Source of the DNA: Methanopyrus kandleri AV19
Lineage (GTDB): Archaea > JAADCQ01 > Methanopyri > Methanopyrales > Methanopyraceae
Reading direction: 5' to 3'
DNA: 32,000 nucleotides
Assembly: GCF_000007185.1 (NCBI RefSeq)
Contig: NC_003551.1
Location: forward strand, 780,001 to 812,000
Shown: positions 1 to 9,453 of the stretch, in pieces
Numbering within the stretch: position 1 is the first letter of the stretch
Layout of the letters: every line of letters starts with the position of its first letter
Made by a program: the position numbers and the translations under genes
Notes under the pieces: model-generated
What the model was told of the DNA's origin: nothing
Databases searched by the model: none
What the model saw: the letters and a program-made list of their open reading frames with translations, nothing else

Positions 1-1
1 C

Positions 2-1207
2 CGGCAGTACGCTCACCTGGTGTCCGACGGGGCCCCGATCCTCGCGGACGAGGAGGGAGTGATCTCGTTCCCTCCGGTGATAAACTCGGAGCGCACCAGG
101 GTCACGCAGGACACGACGGACCTGCTCATCGACGTGACCGGTACAGATTGGCGATCCGTGTTGGACGCGCTTCACGTGATCGTGTGCAACCTGGCCGAAC
201 GCGGCGCGGAAATCCTTACCGTTGAGATACTGGGGGCCTACGAGCGGACGACTCCAACGATGGAACTCGATGTATGGGACGTTCCCGTGAGCGAGGCTCG
301 GAAACTGTTGGGGATCGATCTCTCCGGCGAGCAGCTGGAGGAGCTGCTGGAACGCGCTCGGCACGGGGCGATCTTCGTTCCCGAGGGTGAGCGTGAGCTC
401 CGGGAGTACCCGCTCCCGGATGTGTACCACATCGAGGCTGATTGGCGTGAGATCCCTCCGATACTCTACGAGGAGGACGTGGTACGGGTCTTCGTAGGGC
501 CCCGGCGGACGAACATCCTTCACGAGTGGGACCTGATCGAAGACGCGGGGATCATGTACAATTACGACCGGTTCGAGCCCACGGTACCCGACTTCTACAC
601 GCCATCACGTGCCGATAGGGAGCGCGAATTCATCAACGTCGTGCGTGATACCCTCGCGAGGATGAAGTTCGTCGAGGTGAACTCCCTGACTCTCATCAGT
701 CCAGAAGAGAACTATCGGAAAATGCGCCTCGAACCGGACGGCCGCGCGGTGAAGTTAGCTAATCCGATTCAGAAGGAGTACACGATCGTACGAACGTGGA
801 TCCTCCCGTCTCTGATGCGTTTCCTCGCGGACAACAAGCACCGTCCGTATCCGCAACGGGTGTTCGAGCTCGGGGAGGTGATCGAACGGGACGAGGACGC
901 GGAGACCGGTGCCAAGGACCGGTGGAAACTGGCGCTGGCGATCGCCGGCCCCGGTGTGGGCTTCTCCGAGATTAAGTCCGTGGTGGAGGCACTACTGCGC
1001 GAACTGGACGTCACCGGGTGGGAGATTACCGAGAGAAAACACCGATCATTTATTAATGGAAGGTGCGCCGCCGTACTCGCCGACGGGCGGGAGCTGGGTT
1101 TCTTCGGTGAAATTCATCCCGAAGTACTGACTGAGTTCGACCTCGAGGTGCCCGTAGTGGGTGGGGAGTTCGACGTCGCGGCCCTTAGAACGGCCGCCGG
1201 GTGGTGA
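2..1207 (+). CDS. pheT: Phenylalanyl-tRNA synthetase beta subunit, C-terminal part (5' end outside window)
   Basis: Open frame runs off the left edge (RQYAHLVSDGAPILADEEGVISFPPVINSERTRVTQDTTDLLIDVTGTD); PheRS-beta B5/core-type motifs, later 'RVFELGEV...' and 'GFFGEIHPEVL'. Confidence 0.9.
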   Translation, partial: RQYAHLVSDGAPILADEEGVISFPPVINSERTRVTQDTTDLLIDVTGTDWRSVLDALHVIVCNLAERGAEILTVEILGAYERTTPTMELDVWDVPVSEARKLLGIDLSGEQLEELLERARHGAIFVPEGERELREYPLPDVYHIEADWREIPPILYEEDVVRVFVGPRRTNILHEWDLIEDAGIMYNYDRFEPTVPDFYTPSRADREREFINVVRDTLARMKFVEVNSLTLISPEENYRKMRLEPDGRAVKLANPIQKEYTIVRTWILPSLMRFLADNKHRPYPQRVFELGEVIERDEDAETGAKDRWKLALAIAGPGVGFSEIKSVVEALLRELDVTGWEITERKHRSFINGRCAAVLADGRELGFFGEIHPEVLTEFDLEVPVVGGEFDVAALRTAAGW

Positions 1208-1210
1208 CAC

Positions 1211-2434
1211 TTGGAGCAGATAGTGAAGAACGCGCTGGAGCGCGTCGAACGAGAGCAGGGGGGCGACGACCCGCCGTCGTCCCGGGGGACCGACGACGAT
1301 CAGGAGTTGATGGAAGTCCTTGAGCGGGCCCGGGCCAGGATACTCGTAGTCGGTGTGGGGGGAGCCGGCAACAACACCGCTACTAGGCTCAAAGAGGAAG
1401 GTATCGGAGGCGCCGAGGTAATAGCGATTAACACCGACGCTCAGGACCTCGTTTCGTGTAAGGCCGACCGGAAAGTGCTCATCGGGTACGAGCTGACCCG
1501 AGGATTGGGTGCCGGTGGTGACCCGCGCGTCGGCGAAGAGGCGGCTAAGGAGGACATGGAGAAGATCAAAGAGGTCGTCGAGGGCGCTGACATGGTGTTC
1601 GTCACCTGCGGTCTCGGCGGTGGCACCGGCACGGGAGCGGCACCGATCATCGCCGAAGTCGCCCGCAAGGAGGGAGCGCTCACGATCGGCGTTGTCACGC
1701 TCCCGTTCTCGGTCGAAGGTAGGAGGAGGATAGAGAACGCCCTTGAGGGTTTGGAACGGTTGAGGCAGGTGGCCGATACGTGCATAGTCATCCCTAACGA
1801 CCGCTTGTTAGAGATAGTCCCGGACCTCCCCATCGCGGCAGCTTTCAAGGTGGCGGATGAAGTCCTCATCAACGCCGTGAAAGGAATCACCGAGATGATC
1901 ACACAGCCCGGTCTCATGAATCTCGACTTCGCCGACGTGAGAGCCGTGATGGAGAACGGAGGTTTCGCCCTGATAGGCATAGGCGAAGCCGAGAACGATT
2001 CCGAGTCCGGTAGCCGGGCCGTCCAAGCCGTGGAGAACGCACTTAACAACCCGCTGGTTGACGTCGAAGTGAGCGGTGCCACCGGTGCCTTAGTCAACAT
2101 CGTCGGTGGGAAAGATCTCACGCTTAAAGAGGCCGAAGAGGTCGTGGAGTTGGTAGCTTCGGAACTGTCGGAGGATGCCACAGTCATCTGGGGAGCTCAG
2201 ATCGACGAGGACCTGAACGACGTGCTCCGCGTCACCGTAATAGTTACTGGAATCGAAGACGCCGACCTCGAGGCCATGTTCACGGGTCCAAGACAGCCGA
2301 AACGTACCGAGGTGAAGGAGGTGGCCGCCGAGTCTTCTCGGCCCGAAAAAGTCCCCGAGGTGTCGAAAGGAGGTGCGGAATCATCCGAAGATGAGAGACC
2401 GTCCTCACTCGAGGATCTGGAGAAGATCCTCTAA
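1211..2434 (+). CDS. ftsZ: Cell division GTPase FtsZ
   Basis: GVGGAGNNT, NTDAQDL, tubulin/FtsZ signature GGGTGTGAAPIIAEVA, and T7-loop region NLDFADVRAVM. Confidence 0.97.
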   Translation: MEQIVKNALERVEREQGGDDPPSSRGTDDDQELMEVLERARARILVVGVGGAGNNTATRLKEEGIGGAEVIAINTDAQDLVSCKADRKVLIGYELTRGLGAGGDPRVGEEAAKEDMEKIKEVVEGADMVFVTCGLGGGTGTGAAPIIAEVARKEGALTIGVVTLPFSVEGRRRIENALEGLERLRQVADTCIVIPNDRLLEIVPDLPIAAAFKVADEVLINAVKGITEMITQPGLMNLDFADVRAVMENGGFALIGIGEAENDSESGSRAVQAVENALNNPLVDVEVSGATGALVNIVGGKDLTLKEAEEVVELVASELSEDATVIWGAQIDEDLNDVLRVTVIVTGIEDADLEAMFTGPRQPKRTEVKEVAAESSRPEKVPEVSKGGAESSEDERPSSLEDLEKIL

Positions 2435-2449
2435 GGGGGCCAAGATTCC

Positions 2450-2635
2450 GTGAGTACCTACGAAGAACTGATCTCCCTGTTACGGGACTGTAAGCGCGTC
2501 CTTCGAGCCGCCCGGAAGCCTACCTGGGACGAGTACATAGAGTCGGCTAAGATCGCCGGACTCGGCATTCTCATCGTGGGCGGAGTAGGGTTCCTGATCA
2601 GAGTGATCGTGCAGTTGATCGAGCTCTACACGTGA
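2450..2635 (+). CDS. secE: Preprotein translocase SecE/Sec61-gamma subunit
   Basis: 61 aa with a single C-terminal TM; '[34 protein letters not shown]'; located directly before spt5. Confidence 0.9.
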
Positions 2636-2650
2636 GTGGGGTAGGTTGGA

Positions 2651-3142
2651 TTGGCCGAGACCGACTCGACGAAGCTCTACGCCGTCCGCGTGCAGGCGGG
2701 TCGAGAGGAGGCCACCGCTGACATGCTCGTGATGCGCGCTCGGAGGAAGGTCAAAGAGGAAGGTATCGAAACGGGTCTAAAGGCTGTGATAGCACCCGAG
2801 GAGCTCCGAGGATACGTAATCATCGAAGTTGAGGAGTTAACCGACGAGCTCAGGGATCTAATTCACGATCTTCCGGATACGCGCGGTATCGTTGAGAAAC
2901 CTATGGATTTTGAGGAGATTGAACACTACTTCGCGCCTAAGCCCGAGGCCGTGGAAATCAGCGAAGGAGACGTCGTCGAGATACTCTCCGGACCCTTCAA
3001 GGGGGAGAAGGCACGGGTCGTCAGCGTGGACGAGTCACGTCGTGAGATAACGGTCGAGCTGCTGGAGGCCCCCGTACCCATCCCCGTAACGGTAAAAATG
3101 GACGCCCTGCGGCTCCTGCGGGAGGAGGAGTACGAAGGGTAA
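2651..3142 (+). CDS. spt5: Transcription elongation factor Spt5 (NusG-like, NGN + KOW)
   Basis: N-terminal NGN domain, then KOW 'EGDVVEILSGPFKGEKARVVSVDESRREITVELLEAPVPIPVTVKMDALRLL'. Confidence 0.93.
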   Translation: MAETDSTKLYAVRVQAGREEATADMLVMRARRKVKEEGIETGLKAVIAPEELRGYVIIEVEELTDELRDLIHDLPDTRGIVEKPMDFEEIEHYFAPKPEAVEISEGDVVEILSGPFKGEKARVVSVDESRREITVELLEAPVPIPVTVKMDALRLLREEEYEG

Positions 3143-3169
3143 AACTAACGAATTAGGGGTGCGGTAACA

Positions 3170-3670
3170 ATGCCGAAGGAAGAGGTTGAAGTTCTCATCG
3201 AAGGAGGTAAAGCTGACCCTGGACCACCGCTCGGACCCGCTCTAGGTCCGCTCGGTGTTAACATACAGGAAGTTGTTGAAGAGATTAACCGTAAGACGAA
3301 GGACTTCAAAGGTATGGAAGTCCCAGTCAAGATCATAGTTGACACGGAGACCAGAGAGTTCGAAGTGAAAGTTGGATCACCTCCGACTTCTGCGATAATC
3401 AAGTCAGAACTTGGTATTGATAAGGGAGCGCATGAACCTAGACACGAAACAGTGGGCGATCTCTCGATGGAACAGGTGATCAAAATCGCGAAAATGAAGT
3501 TCGACGATTTACTGTCATATGATTTGAAGACGGCGGCTAAAGAGATCCTAGGAACATGTGGAAGTATGGGAGTTACGGTTGAAGGGAAGGATCCAAAGGA
3601 GGTTCAGAAAGAAATCGACGAAGGAAAGTGGGATGACCTGTTCGAGAAGTACGAGGAGGAAGAGGAGTAA
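3170..3670 (+). CDS. rpl11: 50S ribosomal protein L11
   Basis: '[30 protein letters not shown]' is the L11 N-terminal signature; '[25 protein letters not shown]'. Confidence 0.97.
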   Translation: MPKEEVEVLIEGGKADPGPPLGPALGPLGVNIQEVVEEINRKTKDFKGMEVPVKIIVDTETREFEVKVGSPPTSAIIKSELGIDKGAHEPRHETVGDLSMEQVIKIAKMKFDDLLSYDLKTAAKEILGTCGSMGVTVEGKDPKEVQKEIDEGKWDDLFEKYEEEEE

Positions 3671-3683
3671 GGGGTGAGCGGAA

Positions 3684-4328
3684 GTGACGATTACCGAGGA
3701 GGACTTGATCGAACCGCTCCGGAAGGTAGTGGAGTACTCCCCACCCCGTCGGTTCCTCGAGACCGTAGACATGATCGTCAACGTGAAGGGAGTCGATCTC
3801 TCCGATCCCTCTCAGCGTATCGACAAAGAGGTCGTACTCCCTCACGGTCGCGGCAAGCCCGTGAACGTTTGTGTCATCGCGGAAGGTGAGATGGCCCGAG
3901 AAGCTGAGGAGGCCGGGGCGACGGTCATTAACCGCGAAAAGCTCGAGGAACTCGCGGAGAACGTACGCGAAGCCAAGAAGATCGCCCGACGCCACGAGTT
4001 CTTCTACGCTCAGGTGGATCTAATGCCGGACGTGGGTAGGGTTTTAGGACCCGTCCTCGGTCCCCGCGGCAAGATGGCCAAGCCGGTGCCACCCAATGCC
4101 GACATCCGTGCACTCATCGAGCGGGCCCACCGGACCGCCAGAGTACGGATGCGCGACCAGCCGGTCATTCACACTGTCATCGGCGCCAGGAACATGGAGC
4201 CGGAGCAACTCGCCGAGAACGCGATGGCGGTCCTCCGGGAGATAACCTCCGAGCTCGAGAAGAGCTGGGCCCAGATAGACTCCGTGTACGTTAAAACCAC
4301 GATGGGCCCGGCGGAGCGGGTGTACTGA
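3684..4328 (+). CDS. rpl1: 50S ribosomal protein L1
   Basis: 'LMPDVGRVLGPVLGPRGKMAKPVPP' L1 signature; position between L11 and P0. Confidence 0.97.
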   Translation: MTITEEDLIEPLRKVVEYSPPRRFLETVDMIVNVKGVDLSDPSQRIDKEVVLPHGRGKPVNVCVIAEGEMAREAEEAGATVINREKLEELAENVREAKKIARRHEFFYAQVDLMPDVGRVLGPVLGPRGKMAKPVPPNADIRALIERAHRTARVRMRDQPVIHTVIGARNMEPEQLAENAMAVLREITSELEKSWAQIDSVYVKTTMGPAERVY

Positions 4329-4342
4329 TGGGGGACTGTGCG

Positions 4343-5416
4343 ATGGCCGTCAAAGCGAAGGGACAGCCGCCCTCCGGCTACGAGCCTAAGGTCGCGGAGT
4401 GGAAGAGGAGAGAGGTTAAGGAACTCAAAGAGCTGATGGACGAGTACGAGAACGTGGGTCTCGTCGACCTCGAGGGGATCCCGGCACCACAACTGCAAGA
4501 GATCAGGGCGAAGCTCCGCGAGCGTGACACCATCATCAGGATGTCCAGGAACACCCTGATGCGAATCGCACTGGAGGAGAAGCTGGACGAGCGACCCGAA
4601 CTGGAGCCGCTACTGGACTACATCGAGGGTCCTGTGGCGTTTATATTCACGAACCTCGACCCGTTCAAGCTGTACAAGCTTCTGGAGGAGAGCAAAGCCT
4701 CAGCGCCCGCTAAGCCAGGCGACATCGCTCCAGAGGACATCGTCGTACCGGAAGGTCCCACACCGTTCGAACCCGGACCGATCGTAAGCGAGCTCCAGCA
4801 GGCCGGTCTACCGGCTCAGATCCAGGACGGAAAGGTAGTCATCACTAAGGACACCGTGTTGGTTAAGGAAGGGGAGGAGATAGACGAAAAGACCGCCGAG
4901 ATCCTCAAGAAGCTCGAAATCGAGCCGATGGAGGTAGGAGTCGATATCGTAGCGATCGTAGCCGAAGGGACGCTATTCGAGCGCGATGATCTTGCGATCG
5001 ACTTCGACGAGTACGAGGACATGGCCAAGGAGGCCGCGCAGCACGCGTTCAACCTGTCGATCAACGCGGCCATACCGACGGCGGAGACCGCGGACGTTAT
5101 CGTCGCGAAGGCGCACACGGAGGCGCTCAACCTGGCAGTCAACGCGGGAGTGCCAGTACCGGACGAGACGGTTATGGGATGCATCCTGGCCAAGGCTCAC
5201 GGAGAGATGCTGGCACTGGCGGGAGCTATCGCCGAGGTGGACGAGGAAGCTCTCGACGAAGAGCTATTAGAGATGGTGAGCCGGTCGGCCGAGGCGGCCG
5301 AACGGAAGGAAAAGGAGGAAGAGGAAGAAGAGGAAGCCGAGGAGGAAGAGGCGGAGGAAGAAGAGGAAGAGGAGGAAGAAGAGGCGGCGGCAGGTCTCGG
5401 AGCTCTATTCGGTTAA
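4343..5416 (+). CDS. rplP0: Ribosomal stalk protein P0 (archaeal L10)
   Basis: 'RDTIIRMSRNTLMRIALEE', 'GPVAFIFTNLDPFKLYKLLEE', 'AKPGDIAPEDIVVPEGPTPFEPGP', Glu-rich tail ending GLGALFG. ATG 4343 sits behind GGGGGAC; the ORF track start 4328 overlaps the rpl1 stop. Confidence 0.95.
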   Translation: MAVKAKGQPPSGYEPKVAEWKRREVKELKELMDEYENVGLVDLEGIPAPQLQEIRAKLRERDTIIRMSRNTLMRIALEEKLDERPELEPLLDYIEGPVAFIFTNLDPFKLYKLLEESKASAPAKPGDIAPEDIVVPEGPTPFEPGPIVSELQQAGLPAQIQDGKVVITKDTVLVKEGEEIDEKTAEILKKLEIEPMEVGVDIVAIVAEGTLFERDDLAIDFDEYEDMAKEAAQHAFNLSINAAIPTAETADVIVAKAHTEALNLAVNAGVPVPDETVMGCILAKAHGEMLALAGAIAEVDEEALDEELLEMVSRSAEAAERKEKEEEEEEEAEEEEAEEEEEEEEEEAAAGLGALFG

Positions 5417-5438
5417 CCGACCACGGGGGCCCTATTCC

Positions 5439-5981
5439 CTGCCTCATAACGTCGTTCTTACCGGTCGTCCCGGTATCGGTAAGACCACAGTTTGTCTCAA
5501 AGTTCGTAACGTTCTAGAGGAGGAGGGCTACACCGTCGGCGGAATCTATTGCCCCGAGATCAGGGAGGGTGGTCGACGGATAGGCTTCGAGATCGTCGAC
5601 CTCACCGAGGGTGACCGGTACCTACTGGCAAGGGAAGGAGCTTCGGGGCCCAGAGTCGGTCGTTACGGGGTTTTCGTCGATAACCTCGAGCGGGCCGCCG
5701 AATCCATCGAACGTGCCGTGAAAAGGACCGACGTCGTGATCGTCGACGAGGTCGGCCCCATGGAGCTCAAGTCGAACGCGTTCGTAGACGCCGTGAGACG
5801 GGCGGCCGACGCGCACACACCCGCGATCTTCGTAGTGCACGAGCGATCGCGACATCCAGTCGTAGTGGATCTTAGGGAGGAACGCCCCGACGTCGTGCGT
5901 TTCCGGGTCACACTTTCCAATAGGGATGAGTTGTCCGACAGAATCCTCGAGCACGTGCTTGAGTGGTTGGAGGAGAGGTGA
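5439..5981 (+). CDS. THEP1-family nucleoside-triphosphatase/kinase; start codon uncertain (no ATG/GTG/TTG before the P-loop; CTG 5439 proposed)
   Basis: Manual translation extends the 87-aa track ORF (5718..5981) upstream to LPHNVVLTGRPGIGKTTVCLKVRNVLEEEGYTVGGIYCPEIREGGRRIGFEIVDLTEGDRYLLAREGASGPRVGRYGVFVDNLERAAESIERAV, followed by KRTDVVIVDEVGPMELKSNAF: Walker A GRPGIGKT, 'GF.IVDL', Walker B VIVDEVGPMEL. Confidence 0.87.
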   Translation: MPHNVVLTGRPGIGKTTVCLKVRNVLEEEGYTVGGIYCPEIREGGRRIGFEIVDLTEGDRYLLAREGASGPRVGRYGVFVDNLERAAESIERAVKRTDVVIVDEVGPMELKSNAFVDAVRRAADAHTPAIFVVHERSRHPVVVDLREERPDVVRFRVTLSNRDELSDRILEHVLEWLEER

Positions 5982-7657
5982 TCGTTTTGGAGCATCTGGA
6001 ATGTGACGTGCTCGTGATCGGAGGTGGTGGTGCGGCCGCCCGTGCGGCGATCGAGGCCGCTAGGAGGAATCTGAACGTGGTGATCGTCTCCAAAGGTGCC
6101 GTGGGTAGAAGTGGATGCACCGTCATGGCGGAAGGGGGCTACAACGCGGTCTTACGCACGGCCGATCCGGATGACTCCTTCGACGCTCACTTCCGCGACA
6201 CCGTCGAGGGAGGCGCCTACCTCAACGATCAGGACATGGTAGAAATCCTCGTACGAGAAGCACCTAAGCGCTTACTCGACCTAGAGAACTTCGGAGCCGT
6301 GTTCGACCGTAACGAGGACGGTACCCTAGCCCAGCGTCCTTTCGGTGGTCAATCTAAGCCCCGTACTTGCTACGCCGGTGACCGTACGGGACACGAGATA
6401 ATGATGGCGTTGCTGGACGAAGTTCGCCGCCTCGACGGTATCACCGTTCTGGAACGCACAATGGGATACGGACTGGTTCGAGATCACGACGGAAGGGTAG
6501 TGGGCGCGGTATGCGTGGACCTTCAAACCGAGGATACCATCGTCATCACGGCCTACGCCACCGTTCTAGCTACAGGGGGCGCGGGTCAGCTCTACCCCGT
6601 CACCACGAACCCCGTCCACAAGACCGGTGACGGGTACGCCATGGCCTTACGCGTCGGTTGCCCGCTCATTGACATGGAAATGGTTCAGTTTCACCCCACT
6701 GGAATGGTGTATCCCGAGAGCGTTCGCGGAGTTTTGGTTACGGAAGCCGTTAGAGGTGAGGGAGGACGGCTTTACAACGCCAGAGGCGAGCGGTTCATGA
6801 AGCGCTACGATCCCGAGAGGATGGAGCTGGCGACGCGCGACGTCGTAGCTCGGGCTATTTACAGGGAGATCAAAGAGGGACGTGGGACGGAGCATGGTGG
6901 AGTTTACCTGGACGTCACTCACCTGCCCGACGAGGTGATCGAGGAGAAGCTCGAGACTACGCTCAAGCAGTTCCTGCGCGTGGGCGTGGACATTCGAAAC
7001 GAACCCATGGAGGTGGCTCCCACGGCCCATCACTTCATGGGAGGGGTCCCGATCGACGCCGACGGGAAGACGCCGATCCCGGGTCTCTTCGCGTGCGGTG
7101 AGGTTACGGGAGGTATCCACGGAGCGAACCGACTCGGCGGAAACGCCCTGGCCGATACACAGGTTTTCGGGTACCGCGCCGGAAGGGCCGCCGCCGAGCT
7201 CGCCTTGAAGTTACGGAGACGAGGTCGTAGGATACAGGTGCGCAAGACCGATGCGCCGACGGTGGAGTCCGAGATTTGGTCCACCGTCGGTCAAGAGGAT
7301 CCGATTCGAGTGCGCGAGAAGCTCCGGGAGACGATGTGGGAATACGTGGGTCTGGAGAGGTCCGAGAAAGGTCTCAAGACGGCGATCAAAACCCTCAACG
7401 AGCTCAAGGAGACCGTGGAATCCGGTCTAGACGATGAATACGGGTTACGGCCGGTCTTAGAGGTGCGCAACATGGTAGAGGTGGCTATCGCCGTCGCGCG
7501 ATCCGCCCTTTATCGGACCGAGAGCCGTGGAGCTCACTATCGGTCGGATTATCCCGAACGCGATGACAAACGGTGGCTTCGTCACACTGTCTACAGGCCC
7601 AACGGCTCTCTGGCCACCCGTCCCGCTAAGATCACTCGACTGGATCCCCGTCAGTGA
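5978..7657 (+). CDS. Fumarate reductase/succinate dehydrogenase flavoprotein subunit (SdhA/FrdA/TfrA-like)
   Basis: FAD motif 'DVLVIGGGGAAARAAIEA', 'GRSGCTVMAEGGYNA', 'QFHPTGM', 'APTAHHFMGGVPIDADGKTPIPGLFACGEVTGGIHGANRLGGNALADTQVFG'. GTG 5978 overlaps the preceding stop (GTGA). Confidence 0.93.
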   Translation: MIVLEHLECDVLVIGGGGAAARAAIEAARRNLNVVIVSKGAVGRSGCTVMAEGGYNAVLRTADPDDSFDAHFRDTVEGGAYLNDQDMVEILVREAPKRLLDLENFGAVFDRNEDGTLAQRPFGGQSKPRTCYAGDRTGHEIMMALLDEVRRLDGITVLERTMGYGLVRDHDGRVVGAVCVDLQTEDTIVITAYATVLATGGAGQLYPVTTNPVHKTGDGYAMALRVGCPLIDMEMVQFHPTGMVYPESVRGVLVTEAVRGEGGRLYNARGERFMKRYDPERMELATRDVVARAIYREIKEGRGTEHGGVYLDVTHLPDEVIEEKLETTLKQFLRVGVDIRNEPMEVAPTAHHFMGGVPIDADGKTPIPGLFACGEVTGGIHGANRLGGNALADTQVFGYRAGRAAAELALKLRRRGRRIQVRKTDAPTVESEIWSTVGQEDPIRVREKLRETMWEYVGLERSEKGLKTAIKTLNELKETVESGLDDEYGLRPVLEVRNMVEVAIAVARSALYRTESRGAHYRSDYPERDDKRWLRHTVYRPNGSLATRPAKITRLDPRQ

Positions 7658-9431
7658 TTATGTCGACGAAGCGGATCTCGTCCGGTTCTACCTTCACTAA
7701 CCCTCGATCCGTGAGCCTCAGTTCCGGGACCACCGGAAGGGTCACGAAAGATAGAGCCTGGAACGGATCCCAATCGACACCGGAACTCGATCGAATCAAC
7801 TCGAGCACGTCCTCGTAGGATTTCTTCACCTCCTCGGGGTCCGAGGAGCTCATCAATCCCGCCACGTCCAGTCGTACGAACTCGGCTCGGTCTCCCGCGA
7901 CGGCCCCTACGCACCCTCCCACCTCGGAGACGAGCTGCAGAGCCCTGCGCACGTCATCGAGGCGTCTACCCGCGACCACCACGTTGTGTGAGTCGTGAGC
8001 TACCGTGGACACCACGGCACAGTCGAGTTCCTCGAACCCTTCCACGAACCCTATCGACCAGCTGCCCTGCCCGTATCGGTCCGTCACGACCAGAAACGCC
8101 ACGTCGTCGTCCTTCACCGCTCCGTCCTTGACGGTGATCTCTCGTACGATTTCTTCCGTGCGAATGGAACCTCTCACCAGCCCAACGCACCTGACCTCGT
8201 ATTTCCCGTCCTGAAACGATACTTCTCTCGGGTCGACGGAGAGCTCGACGTCGGGTAATTCGGCCTCCGCGTCTCGGAACCGGACACGTTCCGAACGTTT
8301 GCCTCCGATCCACACGTCCGTGAGTTCCATGTTCTCGTCGAGATCTTCGACCACCACTATGTCGGCATGGAACCCTGGTACCAAACGTCCTGATTGTAAG
8401 CCGTAACACAGGGACGGATTCAACGTGACCGCGCTGAGGGACTCCAGCGGATCGAAACCCGCCTCGATCGCACGCCCTACTATTTTCCGGAGTGATATTT
8501 CGTCCATGTCCTTAACGTGCAGATCGTCGGTAACGAAGCACACACCGCGGAGGTCCTCCAACGTTTCCAGTGCTACTTCCATGTCCTTCGAGGATGAGCC
8601 CTGTCGGACGAAGGTCCAGACTCCGAGCTCTCGTCTTGAGGTGAATTCTTCCGCGGTCGAGCACTCGTGATCGGTCTCAGGACCGGCCGCGAAGTATCGC
8701 ATCGCTTCGAACCCTGTGAGGCCGGGGGCGTGTCCGTCTACCGTCAGACCGTACAGGCTCTTCAGCTCGATGAACTCGTCCTTTTCTCCCTCCATGACTC
8801 CAGCGACGTCCATCAGCTCTCCTACGGAAACTACCATGGGATGGCTCGCAAACTTTCGAGCCACGTCGACCGTGATCTCGCCTTCCACGGTCTCGTAGGG
8901 AGGCCCTAGTGCCGGGACGCACGACGGTAGCGCGATGTAGAACTTAAACGGCAGGGCTTCTTCCGCGGTCTTGACGGCCCATTCAAGTCCGAGCTCGCCT
9001 GAGACGTTCACGACCTCGTGAGGGTCCCAAACGACGGCCGTGGTGCCTTCACGTACGACGATTTCGGCGTATCGGGCCGGCCTCAGTCCGGAACTTTCCA
9101 CGTGGACATGAGCGTCCACGAACCCAGGGCAGATGATCCCGTCAACGTCGATCACATCGGCGTGCTCGGGCTCATTTCGCGTCACTCCAAGCAGCCTACC
9201 TCCGTCCCAGATCACGTACCCGGTTCGAATTCCCGAGAACCAAGGGTCAACGAATCGACCTTGGAACGCTCGCGACTCGTTTCCCCCCGCGGGTACAGCA
9301 GGGAGGTAGGCGCGCGGGATCACGGTCGGGCCACCGACGGCCCTCTCACCCGCACACCTGTGGCCCGGCGGAGCCCACGCGGGATCATCCTCGGGATCCC
9401 CGCGTCCCCCGCGCCGGTTCGACCGGGCCAT
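7632..9431 (-). CDS. ade: Adenine deaminase (amidohydrolase superfamily); true start possibly GTG at 9323
   Basis: 'GIICPGFVDAHVHVESSGLRPARYAEIVVREGTTAVVWDPHEVVNVSG', 'DGHAPGLTGFEAMRYFAAGPETDHECST', 'VTDDLH', 'SVTLNPSLCYGL', 'VAHDSHNVVVAG'. Confidence 0.93.
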   Translation of the reverse strand: MARSNRRGGRGDPEDDPAWAPPGHRCAGERAVGGPTVIPRAYLPAVPAGGNESRAFQGRFVDPWFSGIRTGYVIWDGGRLLGVTRNEPEHADVIDVDGIICPGFVDAHVHVESSGLRPARYAEIVVREGTTAVVWDPHEVVNVSGELGLEWAVKTAEEALPFKFYIALPSCVPALGPPYETVEGEITVDVARKFASHPMVVSVGELMDVAGVMEGEKDEFIELKSLYGLTVDGHAPGLTGFEAMRYFAAGPETDHECSTAEEFTSRRELGVWTFVRQGSSSKDMEVALETLEDLRGVCFVTDDLHVKDMDEISLRKIVGRAIEAGFDPLESLSAVTLNPSLCYGLQSGRLVPGFHADIVVVEDLDENMELTDVWIGGKRSERVRFRDAEAELPDVELSVDPREVSFQDGKYEVRCVGLVRGSIRTEEIVREITVKDGAVKDDDVAFLVVTDRYGQGSWSIGFVEGFEELDCAVVSTVAHDSHNVVVAGRRLDDVRRALQLVSEVGGCVGAVAGDRAEFVRLDVAGLMSSSDPEEVKKSYEDVLELIRSSSGVDWDPFQALSFVTLPVVPELRLTDRGLVKVEPDEIRFVDIITDGDPVE

Positions 9432-9453
9432 GGTGCTCGGTAGGGAAGGAGAC

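Noticed and set aside
1441-2187. Long minus-strand ORF (248 aa) opposite ftsZ
   Set aside because: Ser/Thr/Arg-rich low-complexity translation, antisense to a perfectly conserved FtsZ; a shadow ORF of high-GC coding sequence.
3145-3483. Minus-strand ORF opposite rpl11
   Set aside because: Antisense to the conserved L11 gene, Ser-rich product with no domain-like features.
4770-4785. GTTCGAACCC resembling a tRNA T-loop
   Set aside because: Encodes the conserved PFEPGP of P0; no D-arm, anticodon arm or acceptor stem nearby.
5179-5517. Plus-strand ORF overlapping the P0 tail (RRGGRG repeats)
   Set aside because: Alternative-frame reading of the GAG/GAA tract; composition is dictated by the Glu codons of P0.
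9220-9240. tRNA T-loop-like GGTTCGAATTCCC
   Set aside because: Lies inside the adenine deaminase coding sequence (minus strand) and no cloverleaf arms could be formed around it.
7658-9300. Multiple plus-strand ORFs inside the adenine deaminase region
   Set aside because: All are antisense to a continuous, motif-rich amidohydrolase reading frame.
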